A stretch of DNA of 64,000 nt, taken from Octopus sinensis. Lineage: Eukaryota. Location of the stretch: NCBI RefSeq assembly GCF_006345805.1, contig NC_043006.1:82956001-83020000 (forward strand), given 5' to 3'. The position numbers and the translations under genes were made by a program. Of this stretch, positions 13,620 through 26,134 are shown in pieces (within the stretch, counting starts at the first letter, position 1; each line of letters starts with the position of its first letter). The notes under the pieces are model-generated. The model was not told where the DNA came from and did not search any database. It saw only the letters and a list, made by a program, of their open reading frames with translations.

Positions 13620-14332
13620 TACGTTTATAGATAAACAATGTGCCAAGAGGAATAATACAGAGTGGTCAGTGGCATGCATATGAAGAAAGTAGACAAATAC
13701 AGGTATACCAAATATCATGCAACATAATTTGTAAAAATTATCTTAACTTCTAGATGATATACCAGAAATACCAAATAGCAGTTAAGACCTGCTCCACCTG
13801 AAGAGGTGCGATCGAGCTTCAAAGCTGACATGCCAATAAGGAAGAGGGCAGGATTATTGCCAGGAAATACAAATAATGTCTTGGTCAGCATGCATTATCA
13901 GCACAGCAATCGTTCTAACGTACATTCAGGATTCAATGGACTGAGACTTGCATTTTTTTTTTTTAAATGAGCAATAAAAAATAACGAGTGGTCAGAAGCT
14001 TGAAAATGAATATACGTTTTATAGTAATGCACAGTTTGCATGATTTCACTCTCGCACTGTTTCTGCTCTTACTTTCGCTTTCATTACTTTTGATCAATAG
14101 TGAGGTGGAGCACTCTCTTAGTTAACGTATCAGTAAGTATTCGGTTTATATGCATGCTTGCATGCATGTATGTATGTATGTATGTATGTATGTATGTATG
14201 TATGTATGTATGTATGTATGTATGTATGTATGTATGGATGGATGGATGTATGTATGTATGAACGTACGCACGTACGTATGAATATGTCTATGTATCTATA
14301 CATATATATACACACAGAGAACTATATATATA

Positions 14333-14540
14333 TAGTTAATCCAAACATGAACAAAGAGAAAACACAACAACGCAAGGACGTGGAAGTGTTATTGGACGGA
14401 CAGGAAAGGAAAGAAAGAAGGAGGATTTAACGTTTGGAGCGGAGCTCTTCGTCAGAAATATAGAAAACAGGAAAAGTCCAAGGAAGGGAAGACGGAGAAA
14501 GAAAATCACCAACGATACACACGCGGTCCCATATTGAAAT
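14333..14540 (-). repeat. Short repeat family 'P1' (PLE-terminal-repeat-like) with mutated hammerhead
   Basis: Reverse complement of 20955-21170. Contains tttCTGACGAagagctccgctcCAAAcgTTaaa (14426-14458; G12 mutated to C). Flanked by TA repeats. Confidence 0.75.
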
Positions 14541-14616
14541 AATATATGTATATTAAATATATATATATTATATATAGTATATATATATAATATATATATT
14601 ATATATATATATATAT

Positions 14617-14751
14617 CAAGATTAATCAGCCGAAATTACTACGATGATCCGGTTCTTGACTGAATACTGAGGTTTCGAAGTCCTGTCCGTGTTTAATTGT
14701 ACTCTTCTCTAGAGTTATACGTCTTGTCCATGTTGTATTTTTCTACATACC

Positions 14752-14755
<4 letters not shown>
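14617..14755 (+). repeat. Repeat family P2 fragment (diverged)
   Basis: tcaagattaatcagccgaaatt...gatgatccggttcttgactgaa, located between (TA)n tracts. Confidence 0.7.
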
Positions 14756-14829
<74 letters not shown>

Positions 14830-15277
14830 CTATATATATATTATATATATATATATATATATAGTTCCCTATTTTTCCGTATAGAAGTCACATAAAGTAC
14901 TCAACATATTCAAACTTACACTCTGATGTCTTTATAGGGGATCAATTCCACAAGGTAAAGAAAGGCTGTAAGAGGGATCAAGTTGAGCGGGTATAGAAGT
15001 AATTGTACGGATAAACAATTTAGATACATGAAATATATTACACTCCTTTAATTTCTCTGTCGTTTGTACTCTGAGTAGATTGGACTACTAATATAGATAC
15101 CTATATATTTGTATATAAAAAATCATCCTAAAGTTTCCAGCTGTTGCTTTCTCTCGTTATGCATTTATGCATATATACATTTTGTATCTGATGTATTAAT
15201 ATATGTAATATATTTGATTTGCCTAACTTGTTTATCCGCTTATATATATATAATGTCTTGTTGAGATAGGTTCACTT

Positions 15278-15364
15278 TCTTTCCTGGTGAGAAGATTACA
15301 TTATTTTACACCGTTTATTCCTTTGGAATAAAACTAATGTTGTCTTCGAAACATATGTCAAAAG
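15278..15364 (+). ncRNA. Type I hammerhead ribozyme motif with extended helix II (core variant CUGGUGA)
   Basis: CTGGTGA (15284-90), then helix II gaaga..acatta..[tttattcc/ggaataaa hairpin]..taatgt..tcttc, then GAAA (15348-51), palindromic ACATATGT and C (GUC site). Helix I is weak (cttt/aaag). Confidence 0.6.
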
Positions 15365-15418
15365 TAAAAGAATTTGAATAACACCTGCTGCGTTCAACTC
15401 CATTTAATTACTTCTATG

Positions 15419-15455
<37 letters not shown>

Positions 15456-15624
15456 GTATATGTATATATGTATATATACACACATATAAACTTAGATAAA
15501 GTTAGATATGTTTCGACCAATGATTGGTCCAGGCCATGTCTAACTTAATAGCACCACCTGATAGGATTATTTGAATCCTGTTTAAGTCAAGTTTTGTTTA
15601 TGGTCAAAAATAATAATGATGATG

Positions 15625-15661
<37 letters not shown>

Positions 15662-15664
15662 GTG

Positions 15665-16152
15665 TTATCATGTACATTGTTTGTCTGGTATAAAAGATGG
15701 GCTACAGCAAATATTCTGCTCAATACCACAGATTTGCTTGTCAGTTGTTTGACCTTAACCATTGAGCATGTCCCTTAGTGGCTGACGATATGTGCATCTC
15801 TGATCACGAGCAGAAGTAGTGGGGGAGCATCATAGCCATGTGTTGAGAGGGATTCTTTGGGGTTGAATAGTTCACCTCTGGCAACATGGGTGGTTCTTTC
15901 AACATCCTTAAACAACCCTTATTCAGGGACCTTTGAGCGGGATGGTTACTCAACCTGAAGAAAATTCTAACTGGGCCCCACCTGCAAGGTCATGGCTGTT
16001 GTTTATTGATATGAGATCACCATGTCGCGCACATATGGTTGTGATGCATGTGCCTGGTGTACCTGTATCAGACGAGTAGTCATGATGGGTATATTGGGCT
16101 TCGTATATTTTACCCCAGTGTCACTTTGATGGCATGAACTGCTCTCTCACTC
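15665..16152 (+). mobile_element. Probable LINE 3' UTR fragment ending in (AAT)n, embedded in (TAA)n
   Basis: About 490 nt of complex non-coding sequence ending ...ctctcactc(aat)n, with (taa)n also on the 5' side. This is the layout expected of a 5'-truncated non-LTR insertion. Confidence 0.5.
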
Positions 16153-16212
<60 letters not shown>

Positions 16213-16827
16213 TTCTTAAGTAACGAGAAGATGGATTTGTTATTAATCTTAATTTTGTACACGGTTGTTTCGACCCACCCTGTTACTGTTCCTTACAGGT
16301 GGAACTCCGTTCAACATGTGTTGCATCAATTTTGCAGTCTGGGTCACATCAGTTACAGCCATATATAAAGTTGTGTCCCGCTAAGGATCCTGAGTTTTGG
16401 CTGTCCTGTTGTTACATGCTCGTCTGGTTAGGGAATGAAACATTGCCACAGTTTTCAATTACTATTGTCTTTCTTTAATAAGAGTTGCAATCACTTGTAA
16501 ATATAGAGAAATAATTATTGATAAAAAAAATTGTAGGGGACGTGAATGGATGGACAGGGATGGACTGAGTTACATTGGGTTGAAGACAAGGGAATAGTGA
16601 TAGAAGGAAGGGAATAGTGAGTATGTGCACGCGCACACTTATATACATATATATTTCAGACACAGATCGTACGTCGATAACAGCTGGAAAAGTTGCTTTC
16701 TTGGGGTTAAAAGGTAGTAACATGGTCCTATACAGGACTGCCACCTTGCGTTGGCAAATGGATTTTACTATGTAGAATAGTTAATCCAATCTCATTCACA
16801 GATTTAAACTCGCTGTTGAGCTCATTG

Positions 16828-16874
<47 letters not shown>

Positions 16875-16876
<2 letters not shown>

Positions 16877-17022
16877 AAAAAAAAGACAAGGTAGAGAATG
16901 CTAAAATAATTTTATAAAAAACATTTAAGTACCGGTTTCAGACATTGAGACTTTTTCAACTGTAAGTATGGAAAACAATTAAATTTTGGGAAAATTAAAA
17001 GGAAAGATTTTTAAAAGAATAT
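16875..17022 (-). repeat. Repeat family 'P4' copy with UUGAAAA-core hammerhead motif (16925-16965)
   Basis: Diverged reverse complement of 18535-18683. Element strand reads ttacagTTGAAAAagtctcaatgtctGAAAccggTActt. Confidence 0.65.
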
Positions 17023-17230
17023 TTGCATGGTATTCAAACACAAGGAACATTTTCCTGTTTTCTGTCTGTCTCTGTCTCTCTTGTTTACTGTTGTGGGTTC
17101 GAGGTCATTGTGAATTCTTGGTAAGGAAGAAGAAGAAGAAGAAGAAGAAGAAGGAGAAGAAAGAGGAGGAGGACGACGACGACGACGACGAGAAGAAGAA
17201 GAGCAAGGAGGGAGGAGGAGAAAAGAGAAG

Positions 17231-17315
<85 letters not shown>

Positions 17316-17339
17316 ATGTATATATATATATATATACAT

Positions 17340-17545
17340 ATCGTGGCAGTCATTAAGACTGCGACCACGCTGGTGCATTGACTTGAAGAAGTTTTAGACG
17401 AATGAATCGATCTCAGTCCTTTTTTAAAGCCTGGTACGTATTCTATCGATCTCTTTTGTCAAACTCTAAGTTACGGAAAAGTAAAGACATCTATACCGAC
17501 TGACAGGCGGCTGGAGAGAAAGAAGTACAAGCACAAAAAGCAGAC
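17340..17545 (-). mobile_element. SINE family A, 3' half (diverged)
   Basis: cagtcatt..gactgcg..cctggtacgtattctatcgatctcttttg matches the family tail. Confidence 0.6.
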
Positions 17546-17945
17546 GCACGCACAGTTTTGCACACATACAAATACAAACAAACACCTACTTATATATATC
17601 TGTGTGAGTGTGTGTATTTGTGTGTGCATGTGTGTATGAATCTAAGAGACTCTAGCAGGACTCAAATTCGAAGTCACTGCTACCAAGATTCTTGCAAAGG
17701 CTTAATAAATATCTACTCAACAAAGACCATTCAGTAGATAAATGTAAAACCTGGTATAAATTCAAGCATTAATGCACACACACACATACACACATACGCG
17801 CGCGCGCACAAACACACACAAACATACACATATATACGCGTATATATTGTCAACAAATGCAAGGCACATTCATATGTATTTGTGCATGGATATATATGCA
17901 TATATATGTATATATATGTATACATATAAATATGTTTATGTAGGC

Positions 17946-17987
<42 letters not shown>

Positions 17988-18085
17988 TACATATATACAT
18001 ATACATATATATATATAACATATATATTTATACATATATAATATGTTTGCATATATGTATGTACATGTGTGTGTGAATGTATATA

Positions 18086-18275
18086 TTGGGTTGGTGCTAA
18101 ATTATTGCGGCATATTCACCATCTACTTCAATTACTGCTTCCCATTTGCTTGGCAGACGGTCAGACCGTCATTTAAAGATTGTTTTTGTTAAATATTGTT
18201 ATTCTTTTTGTTGAATAAAATTTGAATTGAATAAAATTGCTGAAAAAAATCCGCAATAATTATGCACCAATCCAC
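18086..18275. mobile_element. Mariner-derived MITE (~190 bp)
   Basis: Terminal inverted repeats (TIRs) ttgggttggtgctaaattattgcgg and ccgcaataattatgcaccaatccac, with TA on both sides. The TIR resembles mariner ends. Confidence 0.8.
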
Positions 18276-18316
18276 TATATATATAATATATATAATTTTA
18301 CATATATATATATTAG

Positions 18317-18348
<32 letters not shown>

Positions 18349-18589
18349 ATATATATATATATAATTTTACATAATATATATATATATAATTTAACAGATA
18401 TATATTATATATATATATATATATTATATATATAATGTATAAGGGTGAAAAGGAACAACTACCTCGAACACACAAGTGCAAACAAGGGAGTCAGAGAAAG
18501 GCAGAATGCCACTTAAATCTGAACACTACTATAGAAATTCTTTTAAAAAAACTTTTCTTCTAATATTTCTAAATTTAATTATTTAATCG

Positions 18590-18633
18590 TTACAGTTGAA
18601 AAGGTCTCAAAATGACCGAAACCGGTACTGAAA
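18590..18633 (+). ncRNA. Minimal type I hammerhead motif with U3-A8 core (repeat family P4, ~18535-18683)
   Basis: cag TTGAAAA ggtc-tcaaaat-gacc GAAA ccgg TA ctg. Helix I cag/ctg, helix II 4 bp, palindromic helix III ACCGGT, GUA cleavage triplet. Confidence 0.7.
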
Positions 18634-18678
18634 TGTTCACTATAAAATTATTTTAGCATTTTCTATTTTTTACTTTTT

Positions 18679-18716
<38 letters not shown>

Positions 18717-18843
18717 TAATTATATATATTATATAATTTTATATTTATATATATATATTCATATAGAACATAAACACACATATATAGAAAGGGAGTGGTG
18801 TGGAAGATTGAGGATCAGATGGAGGAATGTGTTGGACAAGTAC

Positions 18844-18931
<88 letters not shown>

Positions 18932-19346
18932 ATAGATAGATAGATAGATAGATAGATAGGTAGGTAGGTAGGTATGTAGGTAGGTAGGTAGGTATGCAGG
19001 TAGGTAGGTAGGTAGGTAGGTAGGTAGGTAGGTAGGTAGGTAGGTAGGTAGTTAAGCTCTTATGTAGGAACTTCCAAATTGCAGGTGCGTTAGTGAAGCG
19101 TGATGATTGTATGAGAAACCATTTGCTTATATCATGAGACACGCGTGAAATATGTTACTTTATGAAAGATAATATCTCGGTAAATCGAGGGAATAGATGC
19201 CATGCCTGAGAAGATATAAACGTACTTAATGGCTACTGATATATCAGAGCATATGTGTCTTTGGACATATGTGTATGTATGTATGTATGTATGTATGTAT
19301 GTATGTATGTATGTATGTATGTATGTATGTGTTTATGTATGTATGT

Positions 19347-19411
<65 letters not shown>

Positions 19412-20024
19412 AATATATTCACATATACATATATGTAAATATATATATATATACATATATATGTGTATATACATATATAAGTATATACGTATATACCTGT
19501 ATGTATATATTGTGTTAATATTTTTTATATACGATTACACACACATATATACACACACTCAGAGACATACACACACACACACACACACCCATTTATATAT
19601 GAGAGAAGTTCACTCGTGACAACTTCCTTAAAGTTCCAAGTGTCAATATTCCTAGAGCCAAGAAAATTCGTGAATTTGCTGTGAGTAGGTAAAGTGTTGC
19701 ACAGCACAGAACCCACTCTCCAGCACACGCTATGAAACCAGTGGTACATACATACATACATACATACATACATACATACATACATACATACATACATACA
19801 TGCATGCATGCATGCATACATTCATGCATACATACATACATACATACATACATACATACATACATACATACATGCATACATACATACATACATACATACA
19901 TGCATGCATGCATACATTCATGCATACATACATACAAACATACATACATACATACATACATACATACATACATACATACATACATACATACATACATACA
20001 TACATACATAGCTATGTGTGTATG

Positions 20025-20059
<35 letters not shown>

Positions 20060-20116
20060 TTTCAGAATAAGTTAAAAGTCCAAGGCTGTGAAAGACTTCA
20101 GAACATTTATAAATAG

Positions 20117-20166
20117 GTCTTACAGCTGTTTCTCAGATATTTTATATACACCCTTTCATCGGAGAC
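20117..20166 (-). ncRNA. Degenerate type I hammerhead motif
   Basis: Minus strand reads gtct CCGATGA aa-gggtgt-atataaa-atatct-ga GAAA cagctg TA agac. Helix I gtct/agac and palindromic ACAGCTGT are intact, but U4 is changed to C. Confidence 0.55.
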
Positions 20167-20856
20167 GGTGTGAGAAAATGGTTAACAATAGTTATTCTAG
20201 ATAAGATATGAAATAGAGAGTTAAGTGGAGGAATGAAAATAGACGTCAGATATGCTTGGATATTGCATTTGTAGTTCTAATATTTAGGCAGAATGGTATA
20301 CATATACGATTCCAGTACCTTTAAATAAAACCCTCGATTCAATAACACCGTGTATAAACTCTTTGCTTGGAATGACAATCTTAAATACTATTGGAACTTA
20401 CTCACAAGGTACTGAAATATATTGCATAATTTAGTAATATATAATAGAGTCAAGTCCCTATATTAATTTCTTTATTGATTTATACTATCCCCCCTACTAA
20501 TAGTTAACCTTGAATTATTTGTTTTTTTTTGGGGGGGGGCGGTTTATTTATATACCTTTAGATATATTTTTGCCTACTTTGTTATCGGTTATCCATTAAC
20601 CAACCATAACAAAGTCATGGCCTTTCAAAACAATAGATGACCAATTAGATTACGGGACTGACCATAACCCCCTTCCCCCTTCCCGCAGGATGTCAGCAAC
20701 TCGATAAACAAAAGGTAACGGAAAATAATAAAGTATCTTGATTAATACCCGGAAATTTATTACTTTTAGTACCGACTCATATCACAGGTATTAATATAAA
20801 TTCTTATCCACTTATTGTCGACTTTTATTTCAAGCCATCGATAGAAAACATATCGC

Positions 20857-20923
<67 letters not shown>

Positions 20924-20954
20924 GTATGTATGTGTGTGTGTGTGTGAGTGTGTG

Positions 20955-21170
20955 TGTGACCGCATGTGTATCGTTGGCGATTTTTTTCTCCTCCGTCTTC
21001 CCTTCCTTGGATCTTTCCTTTTCCTATGTTTCTGACGAAGAGCTCCGCTCGAAACGTTCAATTCTCCTTCTTTCTTTCCTTTCCTGAGCGTCCAATAACC
21101 CTATACTTGTTCCACGTCCTCGCTTTGTTGTGTTTTCTCTTTGTGTTTTTATGTTTGGATTAACTATATA
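20955..21170 (+). repeat. Repeat family P1 with minimal hammerhead (21029-21061)
   Basis: ttt CTGACGA a-gagc-tcc-gctc GAAA cg TT, with ACGT palindrome in helix III. Other copies at 14333-14540 (-) and 49865-49920 (3' piece). Confidence 0.75.
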
Positions 21171-21361
21171 TATATATATATATTTGAGTATAACTATTGT
21201 AATTATAGAAAGAAAAATACTAACTACTACAGTAATCCTCCCTTCTCAACACATGAAATAAGTATATACCTATGGGTATGTTTGCACGTATAATATATAT
21301 ATATATAGATATATATATATATAATATATAATATATAGTATATATATATATATATTTTATA

Positions 21362-21403
<42 letters not shown>

Positions 21404-21644
21404 TGTGTGTGTGTGTGTGTGTGTGTGTATTCCTCATTTATATACCTTTTCATTCCTACATAACTACAATAATCTTAAGATTGATTTATCATTTAAATTC
21501 CACTATTATTTCTCTTTTGGTAATTTTTTCTTTTCTTTTTTTATACTTTATCTAATAGGAATAATATCATAACCTAATAATAATTATAATAATTGATTCC
21601 TTTGTATGCATATACATCTATTATAAAAAATTTGTTCTTTCTGA

Positions 21645-21965
21645 CTGCGTGTAATCCACCCCATGCACCTGTGGTAGGTTATACAAAAGCGAAACCTGCC
21701 ACACCCTCAAAATAAGGGTAGAGAAACATTGCAAAGCTGTGACACGGGGAGATATTGATAAATCGAGTATAGCTGATCGTGTATGGAGAAACGGAGACCA
21801 CTTCCCCCAGTGAGATGAAGTTAAAATAATAGACAGAGAACACCACTGGAAAATACGAAAAATAAATGAGGCAGCACATATGCTAGGACATAATAACCTC
21901 CTAAGCAGCCCTAGTGCAGATATGAGTAGCATAAAGGAACTGGTAATCAGGAAGGATAGGAAAAT
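21645..21965 (+). pseudogene. Penelope-like element GIY-YIG endonuclease relic
   Basis: Frame reads CV*STPCTCGRLYKSETCHTLKIRVEKHCKAVTRGDIDKSSIADRVWRNGDHFPQ*DEVKIIDREHHWKIRKINEAAHM. This matches the PLE pattern VYxIPCxCGxxYIGETxRxLxxRxxEH...KSxIAxH...RKxKEA, with two stops. Confidence 0.85.
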
Positions 21966-22059
21966 ATTAGATCTACAAGCCCTAAAATTCATTCCATAGT
22001 TGCCCACGGACATATGGCGTGTGACAGGAGAGTGGTGACAAGCCAAACTCGACAATAGA

Positions 22060-22545
22060 AACTACATGTAGCTTCATGTCCGAATTTGTGATAAACCACT
22101 CACCATACAAACAGAACTACAATCCAGGTTTAAAAGTTGCGTCATACAAGTTTTTATACGAGAGAACGGAAGTCCAGTTCTTAAAGATGATTACATACCA
22201 CTCATCATATATTCGGAATCAGAATCCAGGTTGAAATTTTGTGATACGCCATTCGTCATACAATGATAACCAGAGTCCAAATTTAAAACTTATCACATAT
22301 CAATTATCATACATTCAGAACTAGAGATCAGATATTAAATTTGTGGCACACCAGCCATAATTTAAACCAGAATTTAGGTTTAAATGTTGTGACGTACTAG
22401 ACATCATGTAATCAGATTCTCAGTCCTAGTCTAAATGTTGCGACATACTTGTATTTAAAATTACAGTCCAGATTATATCCAAACTTTTAGCATAGCAGTC
22501 GTTGTGCATAATTCAAACTATAATCCAGATCCAAAAGTAAGCCAA
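22060..22545. repeat. Degenerate minisatellite, ~51-bp period, ~9 units
   Basis: Recurring aaccagaatccaggtttaaa(a/t)gttgtgacatac-like core near 22114, 22165, 22216, 22268, 22318, 22365, 22415, 22460 and 22515. Confidence 0.6.
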
Positions 22546-23149
22546 TTCGAGACAACTGATAATCTCTACAGTTCTATATTTAAGAGATGAGAAATTATGT
22601 ACAAATATAAATAATGTAAATAAATGTAAATAATGTAAATAAATGTAAATAAATATAAATAATGTAAATAATGTATATAATGATATTCTCTAGTCTGAAT
22701 TAGAGTACAGAATACGCAAGTCCCAAAAAGGTAAAAGTCAACTCGACACAACAAGTAATAAATTATCTAAATTACAGTGTAAGAAGCCTCTTGGTTCTAC
22801 ATGCAAGAAATAGCAGCCGATTCTTTCTCTTACCACGCTATTTCTTCTTAAAAAAAGAACAGAACATATAGTCCTTGTACACTATTCTTGAAATAAAAGA
22901 CGACATTGTTATGGCTGAGATCAAGTTTGTCTTATGCGTTTCTGGGATCGCTAAATAAAAAAAATTAAAATGTCAAGTAACGCGGTTGATTTTATTGACA
23001 AACCCATCACCACCAGATGTATAGATCTATACATTTATTATAAGTTATTTTACTCCAAGTCAGTAATAATTGAGGAGACTTATAATCAAAGTGATTTCCA
23101 TCCATGATCATAACCACCCCACCTTTTATCGATCCTGTGTATCTAATAT

Positions 23150-23730
23150 TGATTTCAAATTTTTGCACAAGGCCAGCAAGTCCCAGGAGCGAGTAAGTTG
23201 ATAGTATCGACCCCAGTGCTCAAATGATACTTATTTTATCGACCCCGAAAGGATGAAAGGCAAAGTCGACCCCGGCAGAATTTGTACTCAGGACGTACAG
23301 TCAGGAGAAATACCCATTTCTTTACTACCCACAAGGGGCTAAACACAGAGGAGACATACAAGGACAGACAAACGGATTAAGTCGATTATATCGACCCCAG
23401 TGCGTAACTGGTACTTATTTAATCGACCACGAAAGGATGCGCCCAGGGTGCCAACGTTTCTGCCAGTTCACCACCTTAGCACAAAATGTATCTAATAATA
23501 CTGTTATCTAATATTGGTTTCAAACTATGTCACGAGATCAATAATTTCAGGAGAGAGAGTAAGTCGATTACATCGACACCAGTACTCAGCTGCTCCTTGA
23601 TTTATCGACCCCGAAAGGGATGAAAGGCAAAGTCGACTTCGGTGAAATATGAACTCAGAGCATAAAGACTGATAAAATGCTGCCAAGCATTTTACTCGAT
23701 ACGCTAACAATTCTACCAGCTCACTACTTT
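23150..23730 (-). mobile_element. Nested/tandem SINE family B copies
   Basis: Three occurrences of atcgaccccag...tttatcgaccccgaaaggatgaaaggcaaagtcgac. Confidence 0.75.
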
Positions 23731-23744
23731 ACTATTATGTAATA

Positions 23745-24130
23745 CTAGCAGTATCGCCCGGCGTTGCTCAGATTTGTTTCGACCCTTTAGAATTGGAATT
23801 TTTGAAAAGTAACAATTTTGCATTATGTAGCTTGTTATTCTCTTTAAGAGAACATTTTTCTGGTTGAAATACACCGAAAAATGGCAACACAGCAGTCAAA
23901 AAATCGTAAATAATAGAGATTTTCATAGAAAAAAAGCACCTTTTTGATGTAAATAATTTTTGGTGTTAACATGGTCTGGTTTGAATTTTCTTTTCTACGG
24001 AAGGAAGAGCAAGCCTTCTATCATAATCTCAATTTTGATCAGCTTGCGCCGCAGGGTCTCGGAGGAGATAGTGTTAGTTGAAGGTTACCAAACCTGCCAT
24101 ATGCAGACAACTTCAGTTTTATATAGAGAG
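23745..24130 (-). mobile_element. Non-autonomous Helitron-like element
   Basis: Minus strand begins tctatataaaactgaagttg and ends gagcaacgccgggcgatactgCTAG|T. The 3' end is shared with 40320. Confidence 0.65.
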
Positions 24131-24468
24131 AGATTATCCGATGTGACGTGTCACATATTTCTTTGAAGACAGATATTTGTAACAGGAGGAGCGGCTCCTT
24201 AACTTAGCTCGTCCGAGTTTCTGGATGTCTAATATTCTTTGAGTGAGGGGAATCTTAACCAGACAGACGGTCCTGCAATATATTAGTAGCCTTTTTAGCG
24301 TTGACCTTTTGGTGGATGGAGAAAATTGTGAGAAGATATTAAACTTTTCTCTTCGATTTAGTTAGTTTGGGTAGATTGCCATGTGCAGAAATAGTGATGC
24401 ATGTATGTTGTGACCACAGCGGCAACAAAAAACATCAACATACTCCTCTTCCCTTTCTACTACTACTG

Positions 24469-24516
<48 letters not shown>

Positions 24517-24929
24517 TTACTACTTTTATTGCAGCACAGCAGCAGTAGTAGAAAGCTTTATTGAAGAGTCGTAGGAACAAACGCTGTTGTTCTGTGCTGC
24601 TGAGGTAAACAGCTGATTTCTCTCGCATGTGCAGTTTTAGCCAACATAATGTTGTAGGTGGTGGTGGTGGTGGTGGTGACAGATGGCATAAAAGTTGAAT
24701 ATATGATGATCATTATAATGATGATGAGGAGGAGGAGGAGGAGAAGGGGAGGAAAAGGAAGAGAGAAGAAGTAGGATGCAGAAAAGACTTCGACAAAGAT
24801 TCATATATATATATGTATATACACATATACATACAATATATATATATATACATATACATATATGTATGTATGCATTTATCCACACACATATATATATATT
24901 TAACTATATGTATATATATATATTATATA

Positions 24930-24975
<46 letters not shown>

Positions 24976-26134
24976 TTGTATATATGTAAGTTAATATTAT
25001 AACAAAAATATAATATAAATTTGATCTATAAAATATATGGCATATCCTTTACGGCAGTCAAGACAACTCTCTCTATCTTTCTTTCCCTCTTTCTCTTTAT
25101 GTATACATACGTAGACACATACATACATATATATGTATGCATACATATGCACATACATACATACATACATACATACATACATACTGAATTCTGTTTGAAA
25201 TTATACTGACCCCTGTCAGCAAATAACTTTGGAATCAAAGGATTAACAAAAGTTCCATTAATTTTATTTTATAACGTGATAGATAGATAGATAGATAGAT
25301 AAATAGGTGTGAAGAAGAGAAACAAGGAGACAGGGCAAGAGATTGTTTCTGATAAGGGTATCTCTCTTTGGTCACTCGTCTTCCAAAATAGTGGCGGAAT
25401 AGTATCAAAATGACAATTACTTGCTTAAAATGAGAATATCCTAAAATAATGTTGACAGAGGTTCATCGTGTCGATGGATGATGGAATGATTACGGCTGGA
25501 ACGCATTTAGACAAAAGGGTTGACACGACGCTGAATTTATGTGGTGATTAGTCCAGCAAGAAAAAATAGCCAATCTCCTTCAATTTCACAAATGAATTGA
25601 TGGACAAAATTTAGACATCGTCGCTTTTGTATATACTGTATACTTATAGCATAAAAAACTCATAGGCATATTTCAGCCGCGTATATTCAGGAATGGAAGT
25701 TTTAAGTGTATTAAAGCTTCTGAGACAAAGTTAGGTTTTATATGCCGTTAAATACGGTATATATACTATATGTCATTGAATACAGTATATCTGTGTGCGT
25801 ATTTGCATGATATACACGCACACGGATATACATACATTCAGAAGGGAGCCATAACCCGTGCTGATTTTAAGAAAGACAATTTTTCTTAGCTGTCTGGACT
25901 GTTGCTCTTAACTATGGTCGCCACTTAGAATTAAACTAATGGTGAAACTAGTAGACTTTAAGCAGTTTAACCTTACTATACCAAAATAAATTGTCACAGT
26001 TCAATACCTGAGCAGAGTTAATATAGTTAATCTATACAGTGGTTTAAACATGAAAGATTCTGGAAGGGATAACACTGAATCATCTTAATGTGAGATACAA
26101 TTAATCAGCGCTTTTAAATATAGTTAATTACCAA

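Noticed and set aside
13795-13830. CTGAAGA motif as a hammerhead
   Set aside because: No GAAA and no convincing helix I.
15505-15540. Minus-strand hairpin gaccaa/ttggtc followed by GAAAC
   Set aside because: No CUGANGA-like segment upstream.
22060-22545. CRISPR-like regular spacing
   Set aside because: Units are degenerate along their whole length, there are no unique spacers or cas genes, and the context is eukaryotic.
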